A stretch of DNA of 64,000 bases from Nitrospirales bacterium (GCA_963422365.1 OY729426.1:2336001-2400000), one strand, 5' to 3'. Numbered from the stretch's first letter, positions 51,385 through 62,181 are shown. Translations and numbers: made by a program. Notes: a model not told the origin generated them from the letters alone.

Positions 51385-51497
51385 TTCAGTAACAATCCCT
51401 AAAGACGGACTGGTGCGTAACATGTTAATTTTCCAGAGAATTTTTTCAAGAGAGGTCAACCCTTGTCAAGGATTGGTAACACGAGACAGCGGTGAGC

Positions 51498-52418
51498 TTA
51501 GGCACCTTGACTTAATAATCGGCCTTTTCCGCCCGGCCAAACCAACAGGAGAGGACTCGCCACAAAAACAGAGGAATACGTCCCAATGAGAACTCCCAGT
51601 AATAACGCGAGAGCAAAATCATGGAGCACCTCGCCCCCAAAGATCGTCAAGGGGACTAAAACCAGCACCACCGTCAGGGTCGTGACTAAGGTTCGGGTGA
51701 GCACTTGATTAATCCCAGTATTAATAATAGTCACAATAGAATCACGTCGTCGGGCACGAAAATTCTCTCGAATGCGATCGAAGACCACAACGGAGTCGGT
51801 CAGCGAGTACCCTGCCAGGGTCAGCAACGCGGTCACAACTAATAAGGTAATTTCTTTGTCAAGGAGATAATAGATGCCCAAGACGGCCAGCACATCATGA
51901 AAGGTCGCAATCGCCGCGGCAACACCGAATCGTAATTCAAAGCGCGTTGTCACATAGAGAATAATCCCTATCAGGGAAATGAGAATCGCCAGCAAGGCGT
52001 CCTGTTGAAGACGGTGCCCGATCGTCGGTCCAATTTCCGTACTGGAATCGATCACAAATTTGTTATGACTAAATTCTTCTTCAAACACCTCCACAATTCT
52101 TGCCGCAATTTTTTGTTCAAGCGTCCCTTCCGTCTTCATACGAATCAGCAGTTTATTATCCCGGGTAAATTCTTGGAGTTCCGCTTCACGAAAGCCATGG
52201 TTGCCAAGTACCTGACGGGCGTGTTCAAGCCCAATCTCATTCTCAAACTTTAATTGGACGGCTGTCCCGCCGGCAAAGTCAATTCCAAGATTGGCGGCTC
52301 CTCTCCCAATCTGAACAATGGCAATCAATCCAATCAACACCAGCACACTGGAGACACCAAAGGCCAAATGGCGTTTTCCCATGAAATCAATATTCGTCTT
52401 TCCAATAATTTCCAACAT
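51498..52418 (-). CDS. secF: Protein translocase subunit SecF
   Basis: NIDFMG, LGIDFAGG, GYSLTDSVVVFDRIREN, GTYSS. Confidence 0.96.
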   Translation of the reverse strand: MLEIIGKTNIDFMGKRHLAFGVSSVLVLIGLIAIVQIGRGAANLGIDFAGGTAVQLKFENEIGLEHARQVLGNHGFREAELQEFTRDNKLLIRMKTEGTLEQKIAARIVEVFEEEFSHNKFVIDSSTEIGPTIGHRLQQDALLAILISLIGIILYVTTRFELRFGVAAAIATFHDVLAVLGIYYLLDKEITLLVVTALLTLAGYSLTDSVVVFDRIRENFRARRRDSIVTIINTGINQVLTRTLVTTLTVVLVLVPLTIFGGEVLHDFALALLLGVLIGTYSSVFVASPLLLVWPGGKGRLLSQGA

Positions 52419-52436
52419 TCTCGGCCTCAAGACAGG

Positions 52437-54077
52437 TTAAATGCTCAATCGTTCAAGCTTGCGTCGATTGATGAGATCAAAGACAACTTTGGTCCCGATT
52501 AATGCGGTAAAAAGATTGATCGCAATGCCCAGGCACAGGGTCACGGCAAAACCTTTAATAGGCCCGGTCCCGAATAAAAACAACGCCAACCCGGTAATCA
52601 AGGTCGTGACGTGGGAGTCGACAATCGTTAAGAAGGCTTTATCGTACCCTGCATCGACTGCTAATCGGACGGGGCGCCCTTGCCTGAGTTCTTCCCGAAT
52701 GCGTTCAAAAATTAAAATATTGGAGTCCACCCCCATCCCAATCGTTAAAATAATACCCGCGATACCAGGCAACGTCAGCGTGGCATTGAGTCCAGATAAC
52801 GCCCCTAACAAACAAACGAGATTCAAAGTCAAGGCCGCATTCGCAATCACGCCGGACATTCGGTAATAGATCACCATAAAGATCAACACGATCATACCGG
52901 CAATAATCGTGGTTTTCAGACCTTTCTCAATGGAATCTCGTCCTAACGAAGGCCCCACCGTCAGATCTTGTATCGTTTTCATCGGCGCGGGAAGCGCTCC
53001 CGCTCGGAGGACGATGGCCAGGTCATTCGCCTCGTCCGTGGTGAAGTTCCCAGTGATCTGAGCCCGTCCGCCAAGTATCGGTTCGTTAATGCGTGGTGCC
53101 GAATAGATCGTGCCATCCAAGACAATAGCCATGAACTTCCCAACATTGGCGCTGGTAATACGTCCGAATTCTTTCGCCCCTTTGCTATCAAACGTGACCC
53201 CCACATACACTTCGCTAAAGTCGGTGTAATTGACACGTGCGTCTTGCAACACATCCCCGGTTAACACCGCACCTTTTCGAATAAGAGATGGCCGGCTGAA
53301 CACCGAGACCCCGCCCTTGGGATCGGGGATGGGTTCAAACAAAATTTCCGAATCCTCAGGAACCTTGTCGGCAAATTTCTCCCGAATGCGTGGCTCTTCA
53401 CTGCGTTCGACTTGCACGGGCAACCCGAGTCCCGGTTCATTTTCCTCGTCGACCATTTTGAACTCCAGCAAGGCGGTATCTTGAATCAGATTTTTTGCCC
53501 GCTCAGGGTCCTTGACTCCGGGGAGTTGGATCACAAGGTCTGTGCGCCCCTGACGTTGCAGCAGCGGTTCCGTGACGCCGAACTGATCGATTCGATTTCG
53601 AATCGTCTCCAACGCTTGATTAATCGCAGAGTTCTTGATTCGGTCAACTTCATTGGCGAGAAGCTCAACGACCAAGGTCTGGCCTTCCTGGGAAACTTGA
53701 AAATAGGCAGGGAACGCCTCACGAATAAGCTCTGCGGTTTCTTCGACTGTTCCGTCTTTCGACAAATCAAGCTGAACTTGAAGGCCATTGACTCTTTCAA
53801 TGTTGTCAAAGGCAAGATCTTTGTCAGCTAAAAGGTCTTGCATGGCTTTGGCTGCCCGGTCGATGGCAATCTCGACAGCTCGATCTTCTTCCACCTCTAA
53901 CACCAAATGAATGCCGCCTTGCAGATCGAGGCCAAGCGAGACCCCACGAGGGGGAATCAGCCACTTGATGCTCTCTGGAATTCGGTCATAAAGCCCGGGC
54001 CAAGAGGGGAGAAAAAGATAGAACGAGACCACGGACAGGAACAAGACAAAAAACAGTCGGCCACGAATTTTTTTCAT
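52437..54077 (-). CDS. secD: Protein translocase subunit SecD
   Basis: LGLDLQGG, RIDQFGVTEP, VGPSLG, GMGVDSNILIFERIREE. Confidence 0.96.
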   Translation of the reverse strand: MKKIRGRLFFVLFLSVVSFYLFLPSWPGLYDRIPESIKWLIPPRGVSLGLDLQGGIHLVLEVEEDRAVEIAIDRAAKAMQDLLADKDLAFDNIERVNGLQVQLDLSKDGTVEETAELIREAFPAYFQVSQEGQTLVVELLANEVDRIKNSAINQALETIRNRIDQFGVTEPLLQRQGRTDLVIQLPGVKDPERAKNLIQDTALLEFKMVDEENEPGLGLPVQVERSEEPRIREKFADKVPEDSEILFEPIPDPKGGVSVFSRPSLIRKGAVLTGDVLQDARVNYTDFSEVYVGVTFDSKGAKEFGRITSANVGKFMAIVLDGTIYSAPRINEPILGGRAQITGNFTTDEANDLAIVLRAGALPAPMKTIQDLTVGPSLGRDSIEKGLKTTIIAGMIVLIFMVIYYRMSGVIANAALTLNLVCLLGALSGLNATLTLPGIAGIILTIGMGVDSNILIFERIREELRQGRPVRLAVDAGYDKAFLTIVDSHVTTLITGLALFLFGTGPIKGFAVTLCLGIAINLFTALIGTKVVFDLINRRKLERLSI

Positions 54078-54095
54078 GCTGTTGCCCTTTGTCCT

Positions 54096-54422
54096 CTACC
54101 CTTCTTCATCCGTCCGTAACCGAGTAATATTCTCACGTTGAATCTTCACCTTCGTATTATCGTCAATGTGCACAGTGGCGGTGTCTTTCTCCAACCTGGT
54201 GATGGCCCCCCAGATGCCGGCGGACGTAATGATTTTATCCCCTTTCTTTAACTTGCGTAACATCTCCTTGTGCTGTTTTTGTTTCTTCTGCTGCGGCATG
54301 ATCAACAGAAAATAAAACACCACGAAAATCAAAATGAAAGGAGCAAAAGAAATCAACCCCGCCGCCCCCTCCGGTGCCCCTCCTGTTTGGGCCCAGGCTA
54401 TCGAGGACATCTCCATTTCCAT
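54096..54422 (-). CDS. yajC: Preprotein translocase subunit YajC
   Basis: FYFLLIMPQQKKQK...LKKGDKIITSAGIWG; lies between tgt and secD. Confidence 0.95.
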   Translation of the reverse strand: MEMEMSSIAWAQTGGAPEGAAGLISFAPFILIFVVFYFLLIMPQQKKQKQHKEMLRKLKKGDKIITSAGIWGAITRLEKDTATVHIDDNTKVKIQRENITRLRTDEEG

Positions 54423-55625
54423 TTAACCATCCTTTCCTTTTTTCGATCCCCCGGCAACGGTCGGATCACCGACGCCTACCAGTTCGGCATGCAAAGCACT
54501 TTTCGCACAATCACGGCGTTGTTCATAAAACCGCTGGCGAAATGCGAGAAAGGCGCCGGCTTGAATCGCCGAACGCATCGTCGCCATAAGCTCTCGATAA
54601 TACCAAAGATTATGAATGGTGTTGAGTCGCACTCCTAACATTTCATTCGATAGATAGAGATGCCGCAAATAGGCCCGGGAATATTTCTGGCATACCGGAC
54701 ATCCGCACTGCGCATCTATCGGGGACTCATCCTTCGCATGTTGAGCATGTTTGATCAAGACCCGGCCCTGAGTCGTGAATAACCATCCCGTCCGCCCATG
54801 TCGCGATGGAATCACGCAATCGAACATATCCATACCGCGCATGACGCCTTCGACAAGATCTTCAGGAAGGCCGACCCCCATCAGGTAACGAGGGTGGGAA
54901 GGGGGAAGCTCGGCGACCGAAACTTCAATCATGGCAAGCAGGGCACGCTTCTCTTCCCCTAACGATAAACCACCAATGGCGTACCCATCAAATCCTATTT
55001 CAACGAGATCACGGGCGGACTGTCGGCGAAGATCGGCATCCAGTGCGCCTTGCACAATGCCAAACAGAGCGTGCTGCCGGCCACGTGAGACCAAGACACA
55101 GCGGTTCGCCCACTTCGTCGTCCGCACGACCGAGGCCTGGGCTTGTTCTTTTGAACATGGATGGGGCTGACATTCATCTAATGCCATCATAATATCCGAT
55201 CCCAGGGCCATTTGGATTTCCATACACAATTCAGGGGTGAGATGGTGTGCCGACCCATCTAAATGAGATCGAAAGGAAATACCGTCATCCGTGATCTCAC
55301 GCAAATTCGCAAGGCTGACTAATTGGAAGCCACCGCTATCCGTTACAATCGAACCCTTCCATCCGGTAAATTGGTGAAGCCCGCCTTGCTCTTGAATGAG
55401 TTGATGACCGGGTCGCAAGTACAAGTGATAGGCATTACTTAACATCAACCCGAACCCCAAACCCTGAAGCTCATCGGGAGCAATCCCCTTCACCGTGCCT
55501 AGCGTGCCGACCGGCATAAACGCCGGCGTGTCGATGGTGCCATGAGGGGTAGCCAGAACGGCAGAACGGGCAGCGCACTGCGGGTCATGCTGTACAACAG
55601 AGAAGGCAATCACAATACGTGTCAA
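54423..55625 (-). CDS. tgt: Queuine tRNA-ribosyltransferase
   Basis: TPAFMPVGT, TDSGGFQ, GIVQG, YLMGVG, DMFDCV, CGCPVC. Confidence 0.96.
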   Translation of the reverse strand: MTRIVIAFSVVQHDPQCAARSAVLATPHGTIDTPAFMPVGTLGTVKGIAPDELQGLGFGLMLSNAYHLYLRPGHQLIQEQGGLHQFTGWKGSIVTDSGGFQLVSLANLREITDDGISFRSHLDGSAHHLTPELCMEIQMALGSDIMMALDECQPHPCSKEQAQASVVRTTKWANRCVLVSRGRQHALFGIVQGALDADLRRQSARDLVEIGFDGYAIGGLSLGEEKRALLAMIEVSVAELPPSHPRYLMGVGLPEDLVEGVMRGMDMFDCVIPSRHGRTGWLFTTQGRVLIKHAQHAKDESPIDAQCGCPVCQKYSRAYLRHLYLSNEMLGVRLNTIHNLWYYRELMATMRSAIQAGAFLAFRQRFYEQRRDCAKSALHAELVGVGDPTVAGGSKKGKDG

Positions 55626-55695
55626 TCAAGTTCTATGGATGTTTCGTTCACAACTGGAAAATCGTTTCCTCACTCACACAACCTCCGAACAATCT

Positions 55696-57456
55696 TTACA
55701 TTTTTTCCGGAGCACTGACGCCCAATAAACGAAGTCCATTTTTAATAACCGTTTGAACTTGTTTTAAAAGCACGAGTCTAGCTATGGTCAATTCCTGAGA
55801 TACAACTTCTTGAACCGGTTCGCTCGATTCCTCGCCATGATCGAGTCCACCAGACTCTTCCTCCTTGACGCCATCGACCCCGGGCGGGAGGACGCGATGT
55901 TTGTAATAAAAGACATGGAGAAATCCTGCAAGTTCGAGAAGATAAAACGTGATGCGATGAGGCTCCAAGGCCTTAGCACTCGCTTCAAGCAATCCGGGGA
56001 AACTCGATAACTGTTTCATCAGCCGAATTTCTTCCGGCTGCACCAACGCGAACAGTGGGGCCTCGCTAACCGGAGACACGAGAAACCCTTGTTCGTGGGC
56101 CATCCGGAATAAACTGGCAAGTCGCGCGTGAGCATACTGAACATAATAGACAGGATTTTCAGCGGATTGCTTCTTCGCTAATTCCAGATCGAATTCAAGA
56201 TGGGTATCCGAACGACGCATCAGAAAGAAAAACTTGGCTGCATCGGCACCCACTTCATCAACGACATCCTGAAGCGTCACAAATTCCCCGGCTCGTTTGG
56301 ACATCTCAACTTTTTTCCCGCCACGCAACAAACGCACCATTTGGACCAAGACCACCCGTAAGCAATCATTGCCGTAGCCAAAGGCTTGAATCACGGATTG
56401 CATACGCGGGACGTATCCATGATGATCCGCGCCCCAAATATTAATCAACCACTCGTACCTCCGACGCAACTTATCAAAATGATAAGCGATGTCTGAGGCC
56501 AGATAGGTATAGTCACCATCCCGTTTGCATACCACGCGGTCTTTTTCATCTTGAAATCGCGAAGACCGGAACCATGTCGCATCATCCTGTGTAAACACCA
56601 GATCCCGTTGTTGAAGATCATTCAGGGCTGCCTGTATCTTCCCTGAGGCAACCAGCGCCGACTCGCTATACCAAGTCTCAAACTCTACCCCAAAGTGCGC
56701 AAGGTCCTCTTTAATGGCTCGCACAAGTTCTTGAGAGGCCCATCGGCCACATTCTCGTCGTGCGTCTTCAAGGCTTACGGTCAAAAGGTGCGCACCCTTC
56801 TCTTGAGCCACGGCTTGGGCAAGAGTTTTGATATAGTCTCCATGGTAGCCATCCTCGGGAAAGGAAAATTCCCGACCGTGAATTTCAAGATACCGAGCAT
56901 ACACCGAGTCAGCTAACAGTTTCATCTGGCGACCCGCATCATTAATATAATATTCTTTATCGACTTCATACCCAGCCGATCTCAGCAATCTGGCTAAGGC
57001 TTCACCCAAGGCCGCCCCACGCCCATGGCCCATATGGAGCGGGCCTGTGGGATTTGCACTGACAAACTCCAAAAGGACTCGTTGCCCTTGTCCCATCGTG
57101 CTGTGCCCATACCGGTCGCCTGTCAGCTCAATCTCATCGAGTACGGAAAACCAACAGTCCGAGCGAAGCGTGAAATTTAAAAATCCGGGTGGCACCACCG
57201 ACACTGTTTCCAAAAAAGCGCACGAGGTTTGAAGTTGATCGGCAATCACGTGTGCCACTTCCAACGGCGGACGTTTTTCCTGTTTCGCAATGACCATGGC
57301 CACACTCGAGGACAGATCTCCCCATTCCTCACGTTTGGGAAAATCAACCGCAGGCTGAGGGAAATGTGTTGATTGCAATAAACCCTGTTGCTGCAGTTGC
57401 AGGAGGGCGTTGGTCATAGCAGAGGCCACCTGTTCTTGCACGATTCCAACGGACAT
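55696..57456 (-). CDS. argS: Arginine--tRNA ligase
   Basis: EFVSANPTGPLHMGHGR, GADHHGY, MSKRAG, NPVYYVQYAHAR, APEKM end. Confidence 0.96.
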   Translation of the reverse strand: MSVGIVQEQVASAMTNALLQLQQQGLLQSTHFPQPAVDFPKREEWGDLSSSVAMVIAKQEKRPPLEVAHVIADQLQTSCAFLETVSVVPPGFLNFTLRSDCWFSVLDEIELTGDRYGHSTMGQGQRVLLEFVSANPTGPLHMGHGRGAALGEALARLLRSAGYEVDKEYYINDAGRQMKLLADSVYARYLEIHGREFSFPEDGYHGDYIKTLAQAVAQEKGAHLLTVSLEDARRECGRWASQELVRAIKEDLAHFGVEFETWYSESALVASGKIQAALNDLQQRDLVFTQDDATWFRSSRFQDEKDRVVCKRDGDYTYLASDIAYHFDKLRRRYEWLINIWGADHHGYVPRMQSVIQAFGYGNDCLRVVLVQMVRLLRGGKKVEMSKRAGEFVTLQDVVDEVGADAAKFFFLMRRSDTHLEFDLELAKKQSAENPVYYVQYAHARLASLFRMAHEQGFLVSPVSEAPLFALVQPEEIRLMKQLSSFPGLLEASAKALEPHRITFYLLELAGFLHVFYYKHRVLPPGVDGVKEEESGGLDHGEESSEPVQEVVSQELTIARLVLLKQVQTVIKNGLRLLGVSAPEKM

Positions 57457-57506
57457 GATTTTATCGTAAAAAGAGTCAGGCAATTAAGGAAAAGCGGGTG
57501 GAAACT

Positions 57507-58604
57507 CTAACAGAACCTTTGGGGCCTCGCAAGCAAAGGTGCTCTTCGTGCACCTGTCGTCGGCGTTTGTTGTGCTTGTGTCCGGGTGACTTGATCCAAT
57601 TGTTTTTTCACGACTCTGACGACCTCTTCAACAGAATGAGTAACGCACACTTTTTCTCGACATTCCTGAACCTGTGTCCATGTTTGGCACCGACAGGCTG
57701 GCCCCGTTTCCACAACCACGTGTTCTCCAAGCGGTTGCCATTGCGCTGGATCCGTTGGACCAAAGAGAACCACGGTGGGCAGACCCACCGCAGCGGCTAA
57801 ATGCGTAAAACCCGAGTCATGACCAAGAAACACGTCCGCATGGAACAGGAAATGAGACATCTCTTCAAGAGTTTTCTCACGGAGAATACCATAGGATTTA
57901 TCATCTATTTTGCATAGGAGACGCTCCACACAAGCACGATCACTAGGACCTTCACAGATTAAAACCCTAATTTCAGGGTCACGAGCTACCTCCTGTACGA
58001 GGCGTCCCAGTACTTCAGAGGGAAGGCATTTATGGGGACTCCCGCTACCCGGGTGGATGAGCACGGTTTTGTTCTCATTCGTATAACCCACACCTTCGAA
58101 TTGAGAATCAGCATATCTTAGGCTCTTCACCTTCAAAGGGGAAAAAGAAATCCTTCGCCATCCCAAGGGACCTCCCCATGGCTTGAGCGTTTCCATATAG
58201 CGTTCCGACATATGACACGATTGCAACCTGGTATCTTTTGGTGAAATAAAAAGTACCTGCTGCACCCCAAGACTTCGAAAAGTGTGAGCCAGTCTTTTAT
58301 CCGTATCTTGGAGCCAGCCCACCATGTGGGTGGTGCGAGATAAAACCTCCCGAATCGAAGTCCGTAGCGTAGGATTGTCACAATACAATTCGCTCAAGAC
58401 TGACCCATCGATACTCCACACCTGATCGATTTCTCCACAACCCTGCAGCAAGCGGCCAATGTGGGGTTGTGCCATCAGAACAATCTCATGAGAAACAAAG
58501 GCCTGGCGAACCATTCTGATAGCGGGCAAGGACAAAAGAACATCTCCTACGGCTCCAGGATGGATGATCACAACAGTTTGCCGTTTCGATGAATCGCTCA
58601 TCAA
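57507..58604 (-). CDS. Glycosyltransferase family 9 (heptosyltransferase-like)
   Basis: GAVGDVLL, IHPGSGS, GHDSGFTHLAAAVGLPTVVLFGPT. Confidence 0.88.
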   Translation of the reverse strand: MMSDSSKRQTVVIIHPGAVGDVLLSLPAIRMVRQAFVSHEIVLMAQPHIGRLLQGCGEIDQVWSIDGSVLSELYCDNPTLRTSIREVLSRTTHMVGWLQDTDKRLAHTFRSLGVQQVLFISPKDTRLQSCHMSERYMETLKPWGGPLGWRRISFSPLKVKSLRYADSQFEGVGYTNENKTVLIHPGSGSPHKCLPSEVLGRLVQEVARDPEIRVLICEGPSDRACVERLLCKIDDKSYGILREKTLEEMSHFLFHADVFLGHDSGFTHLAAAVGLPTVVLFGPTDPAQWQPLGEHVVVETGPACRCQTWTQVQECREKVCVTHSVEEVVRVVKKQLDQVTRTQAQQTPTTGARRAPLLARPQRFC

Positions 58605-59212
58605 TGGGAACTAGCGGGGGTGATTTTTCTCGCAAGTTCAAGATCAGCTGGTGAGTTCACATTCAAAAAGGAAAGAAGTTGGGGGTCCAGGATTTTAATC
58701 TCTGATTCAGAAATATGATGCACGGTAAGACCTTGTTTATTAGTAATATTTTGAAGACGCAGGTCTTGGGCCTCAATCATCTCCTTTAAAAATGGAAGGC
58801 ATTTTTGTGAATACAACCCGTGTAGAGGCTGAAGCCCATTCACCAATTGAGCGAGGACAATATCCGTTGCCTCGGCTTTTTTAGAAAAAAGCTCAATGAC
58901 AGCCGATTCTAGAAATGGCATATCACAGGCCACTACGAATACTCGCGAATATTGAGAATGATACAGTCCTGTGTACAGCCCTCCTACAGCCGCACAGCCC
59001 GGTACAAAATCAGTGACGATCTTGACTCTATCGTCTTGCCCCCCTATATCCTCTTCGGCCAACACCAATAACACTTCCTGGAAAACATCAAGCAAAACAG
59101 ACAGAACCCTGTCTAAAAGCGATTTCCCATGAACGGACACATATCGTTTATCCGTCCCCATTCTTCTGCTCTTCCCACCGGCTAAGACCACGCCTGAAAT
59201 ATCTTGAATCAC
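58601..59212 (-). CDS. mobA: Molybdenum cofactor guanylyltransferase
   Basis: VLAGGKSRRMGTDK, VACDMPF, QPLHGLY, FLNVNSPADL. Confidence 0.93.
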   Translation of the reverse strand: MIQDISGVVLAGGKSRRMGTDKRYVSVHGKSLLDRVLSVLLDVFQEVLLVLAEEDIGGQDDRVKIVTDFVPGCAAVGGLYTGLYHSQYSRVFVVACDMPFLESAVIELFSKKAEATDIVLAQLVNGLQPLHGLYSQKCLPFLKEMIEAQDLRLQNITNKQGLTVHHISESEIKILDPQLLSFLNVNSPADLELARKITPASSH

Positions 59213-59225
59213 ATCATCACTCGCT

Positions 59226-59260
59226 AAAAAAAAGGGGGGTGGAACGCTCCACCCCCCTTT
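59226..59260 (-). terminator. Intrinsic terminator
   Basis: GGGGGGTGGA/TCCACCCCCC stem followed by T8 on the minus strand, after the cytochrome operon. Confidence 0.85.
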
Positions 59261-59290
59261 GGGGCTTTTGGCACTAGCCCGTAGCTAGGC

Positions 59291-61123
59291 CTATCCCTGG
59301 GGTTTTTTGCGCTTATTGGCTCGCCGTCCTAACACCCAACCTTCTACAATCACGATCCCGAAGGTAATCAGTGCCGGATAGAAATATGTCGTCATCGGAA
59401 TTGGGGGTTCCATCACCAAATAGTAAAAGGCCGATACCGCCATCTTCCGACCCACATCCCCATTGTGCCCATCCCACGCAAAGAACACCATCGGTATATA
59501 TTTACCCTGCTCTAAATACGCCACTTCATCATAGTCGCCCTTCAGCGGACGTTTCACAATCACGGTCCACTGCCCATTGGCCCACTCGGCTTTCACCACT
59601 TCGACTTCCTCCTGAAAGTCGACTTCGGTGAAGTCCTGATCCCAGCCAGTTCCTTCATACACTGCCAGGGTCCCATCCGCCGTCCACTTCGTCAAATCGG
59701 CAGCAAACCTCTCATCTCCCCACAGATAGCGCGGCTTCCGCGGCGCAGGCAGTTCCTGCCATTTGATAGGAAATTGGAAGGCCACCCCGTCGTTGTACAC
59801 CGCATACCCATCTTTTTGTTTGGCCGCAATCGACTCTTGATGGAAGGGGTCTTCCTCAAAAGTCGTTCCCTGCGGCGTTTGCTCTTCAACGCCGTAATCC
59901 GACAAGTTTACTTCAGTGGGATCCCAATCGACTTCTTCCTCTTGTACACTCTTGGTCCGGTCATCCCACCGGAAGAGAAACTCGATATGCGTATCGTTGT
60001 ACAACGCCCGGACCCACATATCGTCAATCCGGTTCACAAAATTCCTCGGCTTATGCGTAATCTGCCCGCCCATGGCAATCCACCGACGAGGAATCAGAGC
60101 CCAGCGATCATCCCGTTCATCCGTGGGCAGTTCGCCGTCGACATATTTCGACGGAATCACAAAGGTACTCTTGGGCTTGTCCGTCAAAGGATCAATCCCT
60201 AACGGCTGACTTTTCGAGAGCGTTTGCGCGATCTCCTCGGTTATCTCCCCCTTGGCAATCTCAATCTCCTGCTCCCGTTCACAGAGCGAATTGACATAGT
60301 TGGCGATGTCCCATCGTTCGTCCACGCTCGTATTGTCGGCAAACGAGGGCATCGGCGTCCCATTCAGCCCCGTCGAAAAAGTGCGGAAAATATTCTTCAC
60401 GTTGTAGGGATCTTGCCGGCTGCCTCGGAAGTTCCAGCATTTGTGCCAATCCGCTGGTTGGATGGAAAACCCCCAGTCATCTTTGAGGTTAAACGCATTC
60501 CCATCGCCCCGACCTTCCACACCATGACACTCGATACATTTCTTCTCAATCACCAACTCTGCTCCGCGTTTGATGGATTCTGGCGTCCCTGGCTTGGGTG
60601 GCAACCCCTCCAAGTCGAGCACGAAAAATTCTTCAAATTCTTCATCTTGCCACGACCGGTCTTGGACTAACTGCGTGGTCACGAACGCCAGCACATCCTT
60701 GCGCTGCTGCTCGGTCAGAATGCCTTCCCAAGACGGCATCGCCGAACCCGGCAATCCATGCGTAACCGTCTCCAGCAGATCCACATCAATCAGGGGCAAC
60801 TGCCCGCTGGCCGTGTGCCGAATCTTAAACGTCCCCGCATTGAAATTTCGAGGGCGCGGCCACAACCGCACCGCCCCCGGCCCATCCCCAGAGCCCTCGA
60901 CTCCATGGCACCACACACATTTGGTAAAGTACACCCGCTTGCCCGCTTCGATTTGCTCGGCTGCCGGCTCAGACGGGAAGCCTTGTTTGACAAATCCTTC
61001 TGGCAACTCTTCTTCCTGTCCCCAACTGCTCGGCGACATCCCTACCCCGAGCGCTATGCTCACGCTGACTATCACACTCCAACGGGCTACCGTGTTGGTC
61101 GAACGTTTCATCTTGCTCCTCAT
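59291..61123 (-). CDS. Diheme cytochrome c fused to EB_dh-like domain, C-terminal membrane anchor (alternative NxrC candidate)
   Basis: Signal peptide; CVWCH...SAMP and CIECH...TPMP; DGVAFQFP, FFAWDG; terminal TM helix. Confidence 0.85.
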   Translation of the reverse strand: MRSKMKRSTNTVARWSVIVSVSIALGVGMSPSSWGQEEELPEGFVKQGFPSEPAAEQIEAGKRVYFTKCVWCHGVEGSGDGPGAVRLWPRPRNFNAGTFKIRHTASGQLPLIDVDLLETVTHGLPGSAMPSWEGILTEQQRKDVLAFVTTQLVQDRSWQDEEFEEFFVLDLEGLPPKPGTPESIKRGAELVIEKKCIECHGVEGRGDGNAFNLKDDWGFSIQPADWHKCWNFRGSRQDPYNVKNIFRTFSTGLNGTPMPSFADNTSVDERWDIANYVNSLCEREQEIEIAKGEITEEIAQTLSKSQPLGIDPLTDKPKSTFVIPSKYVDGELPTDERDDRWALIPRRWIAMGGQITHKPRNFVNRIDDMWVRALYNDTHIEFLFRWDDRTKSVQEEEVDWDPTEVNLSDYGVEEQTPQGTTFEEDPFHQESIAAKQKDGYAVYNDGVAFQFPIKWQELPAPRKPRYLWGDERFAADLTKWTADGTLAVYEGTGWDQDFTEVDFQEEVEVVKAEWANGQWTVIVKRPLKGDYDEVAYLEQGKYIPMVFFAWDGHNGDVGRKMAVSAFYYLVMEPPIPMTTYFYPALITFGIVIVEGWVLGRRANKRKKPQG

Positions 61124-61168
61124 TGGTTTACTCTGCTCCTCTTAGCAGTCGTTATCGCTCCGGCTCGC

Positions 61169-62134
61169 TTAATCCCATGTCCGGGGATAGTAACCTGTGT
61201 GCCAGTATTCAAACATGACCACCTTCCAGATTTCGTCCACCGTCAGGTGCTGCTCCCACGGGGGCATCACCGAGGCCCACGGGAATCCTTCTCCCGGCAG
61301 CCCAATCCCCCCTTTGGACACTCGCCAGAACACAAAGGTCTCTTGCAACTGCGCAATCGTGCCCGCATCCGTGAAATTTGCCGGGATCGGGTTAAACGCA
61401 TAGGCCCACAGCCCACGGCCATTCAAATTATCGCCGTGACAGAAATGACAGTTTTGAAAAAAGATTTCCCCACCTTCCCGCACGTACCTGATGTAGCCCT
61501 CGGCGTTCGGGTCCCACGGATTGTAGTTCGGATCGTTCACATCCTTCATCAAACGCCCCATAGCCTGCTCCACAATCCTGGCGTCGGTATACGCTTGGTC
61601 GTACTTACCCTCGCTATTGATCCGATAAGGGTTTTCCACCACTTGCAGCACAAAAGTCTTGCCATGCACTTTGGTGGTCGCCGGCGGCGCCGGATGCACG
61701 GTCCTCAACTCAATCGGTTCTTCAAAACTCGGCAAAAACGAGTTATACGCAAAGCCCCCTAACGCCAGAGGAATCACGACCAAGGCCACCGTGCGCATCC
61801 CCTTATGGAACCCGCTGATCCCATCCATCACGTTGAGGATCGGCCGCTTAAACTCTTGCCACTCGCCTTCCGACCCCGAGACCCACATGAAAATTCCGCA
61901 CGCCGAAACCGTGCCATAAATGGCCCGGACACTAAATGGAATGGGTGGATAAATGCGGTATTTCAAATACAGTTGGATGTAGATCCAGACGCCCACCCCA
62001 GCCCAAAATTTTGGAATGCCCATCCCTGAACGATTGAGCGCCCAATTAAGCAACGCAAAAACCAAAATCGAGCCGGCCAACTCCGAAATCATTTGCATCG
62101 GCATGTAGCCTTCTACTAACTTTAACCAGGTCAT
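61169..62134 (-). CDS. Membrane-anchored monoheme cytochrome c
   Basis: About four N-terminal TM segments; CHFCH and distal SVMP. Confidence 0.85.
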   Translation of the reverse strand: MTWLKLVEGYMPMQMISELAGSILVFALLNWALNRSGMGIPKFWAGVGVWIYIQLYLKYRIYPPIPFSVRAIYGTVSACGIFMWVSGSEGEWQEFKRPILNVMDGISGFHKGMRTVALVVIPLALGGFAYNSFLPSFEEPIELRTVHPAPPATTKVHGKTFVLQVVENPYRINSEGKYDQAYTDARIVEQAMGRLMKDVNDPNYNPWDPNAEGYIRYVREGGEIFFQNCHFCHGDNLNGRGLWAYAFNPIPANFTDAGTIAQLQETFVFWRVSKGGIGLPGEGFPWASVMPPWEQHLTVDEIWKVVMFEYWHTGYYPRTWD

Positions 62135-62181
62135 CGTATTAAACTCCTGTTTTCTGAATGACAGAGTTTAAGGATTCGTTA

